From positions 1 to 51,008 of the forward strand of contig JANOET010000037.1 in NCBI GenBank assembly GCA_031413415.1: a DNA stretch of 51,008 nucleotides, given 5' to 3'. The translations under genes and the position numbers were made by a program. Under the pieces are notes generated by a model, which was not told the origin of the DNA, searched no databases, and was given only the letters and a program-made list of their open reading frames with translations. Origin of the DNA: Acidimicrobiaceae bacterium. GTDB taxonomy: Bacteria; Actinomycetota; Acidimicrobiia; Acidimicrobiales; Ilumatobacteraceae. The number at the start of each line of letters is the position of its first letter. The first letter of the stretch is position 1. Below, piece after piece: positions 49,796-51,008 of the stretch.

Positions 49796-49882
49796 GACGG
49801 CGATCACGCTACCCCCAAGGTCCGGGGGTGGCGGCACCGGCCCGGTCCGCTGATCCGGCCTGCGATCCACTAGAAGTTCGCC

Positions 49883-50716
49883 ATGACTGCGCATGCATCT
49901 TCCGCCTTGAACGGCCAAGTGGCACTGGTCACCGGTGGTGGCAGTGGCATCGGCCTCGCCTGTGCCACCCATCTCGCCCGCGATGGCGCGACCGTCGTCC
50001 TCGCCGGCCGCAATCCCGACAAGTTGTCCTTGGCCGCTTCGGGGCTCGAAGCCGACGGTCTCGCAGTGCGTACCGTCGTGTGCGACGTGACCGACGAGGC
50101 CGCCGTGCAGGCCGCGTGCGACCTGGCCGCCGAGGTCGGCAGGTTCACGATGGTGGTCGCCAACGCAGGCACGGGTGCGGCGGGGCCGTTGCACCTCACG
50201 ACGCTCGACGACTGGAACTCGGTGATGGGCACGAACGTCACGGGTGCGTTCCTCACCGTCAAGCACGCCGCGTCCCACTTGGCCGGGAACGGCGGCGGTT
50301 CGATCGTCGCCATCTCGTCGATCGCAGCACCGTTGACCCATCGCTTCATGACGCCGTACTGCGTCAGCAAGGCGGCGCTCGAGATGTTGGTGAAACAGGC
50401 GGCCGACGAACTGGGCAGTGTGGGCATTCGGGCCAACGCCGTCCGACCCGGTCTCGTGCCGACCGACATCTCCGTCTGCCTGACCAGCACCGACACCATC
50501 GTCGCCGACTACATCGACCAGATGCCGATCGGTCGACTCGGCACCACCGACGACATCGCGGCGTCGGTGCGTTTCCTCCTCGGTCCTGAGTCGGGTTGGA
50601 TCACGGGCCAGTGCCTGTCCGTCGACTGCGGCCACACGCTGCGACGGGGGCCGAACCTCACCCCGTTGATGGAGATGGTCATGGGGGCCGCCGCACACCC
50701 CGGTGCACCGACATGA
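49883..50716 (+). CDS. short-chain dehydrogenase/reductase (SDR)
   Basis: 277 aa: VALVTGGGSGIGLA, NAGTG, YCVSKAALEM (YxxxK). Confidence 0.85.
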   Translation: MTAHASSALNGQVALVTGGGSGIGLACATHLARDGATVVLAGRNPDKLSLAASGLEADGLAVRTVVCDVTDEAAVQAACDLAAEVGRFTMVVANAGTGAAGPLHLTTLDDWNSVMGTNVTGAFLTVKHAASHLAGNGGGSIVAISSIAAPLTHRFMTPYCVSKAALEMLVKQAADELGSVGIRANAVRPGLVPTDISVCLTSTDTIVADYIDQMPIGRLGTTDDIAASVRFLLGPESGWITGQCLSVDCGHTLRRGPNLTPLMEMVMGAAAHPGAPT

Positions 50717-51008
50717 GCGGCCTGTTCGACCTGACCGGGCACGTCGCGCTCGTCACGGGAGGCAACGGTGGCATCGGGCTGGGCATGGCCGACGCCATGG
50801 CGGCGCACGGCGCTGCGGTGGCCATCTGGGGCACGAACCCCGCGAAGAATGCTGCCGCCGCCGAGCAATTGCGTCGTCACCATGGCGAGGTGCTCGATCT
50901 GATCTGCGACGTCGGAGACCAACACGCCGTCGTCGAGGCGTTGCACCACACGGTCGACGCGCTCGGTCGGCTGGATTCGTGCTTCGTGAACGCCGGTGTG
51001 AGCGGTCA
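50713..51008 (+). CDS. short-chain dehydrogenase/reductase (SDR), 3' end cut by window edge
   Basis: The ATG overlaps the previous stop (ATGA). MSGLFDLTGHVALVTGGNGGIGLGMA...NAGVSG. Confidence 0.8.
   Translation, partial: MSGLFDLTGHVALVTGGNGGIGLGMADAMAAHGAAVAIWGTNPAKNAAAAEQLRRHHGEVLDLICDVGDQHAVVEALHHTVDALGRLDSCFVNAGVSG

Overview
This 51-kb window is very GC-rich and gene-dense, with a strong G/C third-codon-position bias. The gene content points to an actinobacterium, though the class cannot be determined from sequence alone. Supporting signs are mycothiol-type DinB/maleylpyruvate-isomerase-like proteins, an F420-type LLM oxidoreductase, PAC2, DUF3048, an MMPL transporter, Thr-rich lipoprotein linkers, many ATGA/GTGA start-stop overlaps and very short leaders. 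I call about 50 protein genes, nearly all housekeeping or metabolic. They include ilvN-ilvC, metY, serC, several PLP aminotransferases, gnd-zwf, CopC/CopD, an ECF sigma/anti-sigma pair, hisN and dxs. A cobO-cobU-cobT-cobS cobamide cluster lies divergent from a cobalamin-riboswitch-controlled BtuFCD-like importer. A TPP riboswitch controls a thiamine pyrophosphokinase + ThiBPQ salvage operon. I saw no rRNA, tRNA, CRISPR, transposase, integrase or phage genes, so this looks like core genome rather than an island. I did not find a convincing multi-gene novel defence-type system. Most very long ORFs in the six-frame track are GC-driven antisense or 5'-extension artefacts. The best hunting results are these. 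(1) An AhpD/CMD-family gene is split by an in-frame TGA that falls exactly on the nucleophilic Cys of the E-X11-C-X2-C-X3-H redox motif, with a plausible SECIS-like hairpin downstream; it is a candidate selenoprotein, or alternatively a nonsense pseudogene. (2) An orphan, translationally coupled pair encodes a WXG-like ~100-aa helical protein and a 578-aa protein in which I recognised no family motif by eye. (3) Several unexplained non-coding structures are present: paired palindromes centred in a divergent promoter region, a 40-bp tandem hairpin repeat, and a four-segment SD/anti-SD platform on the B12 riboswitch.
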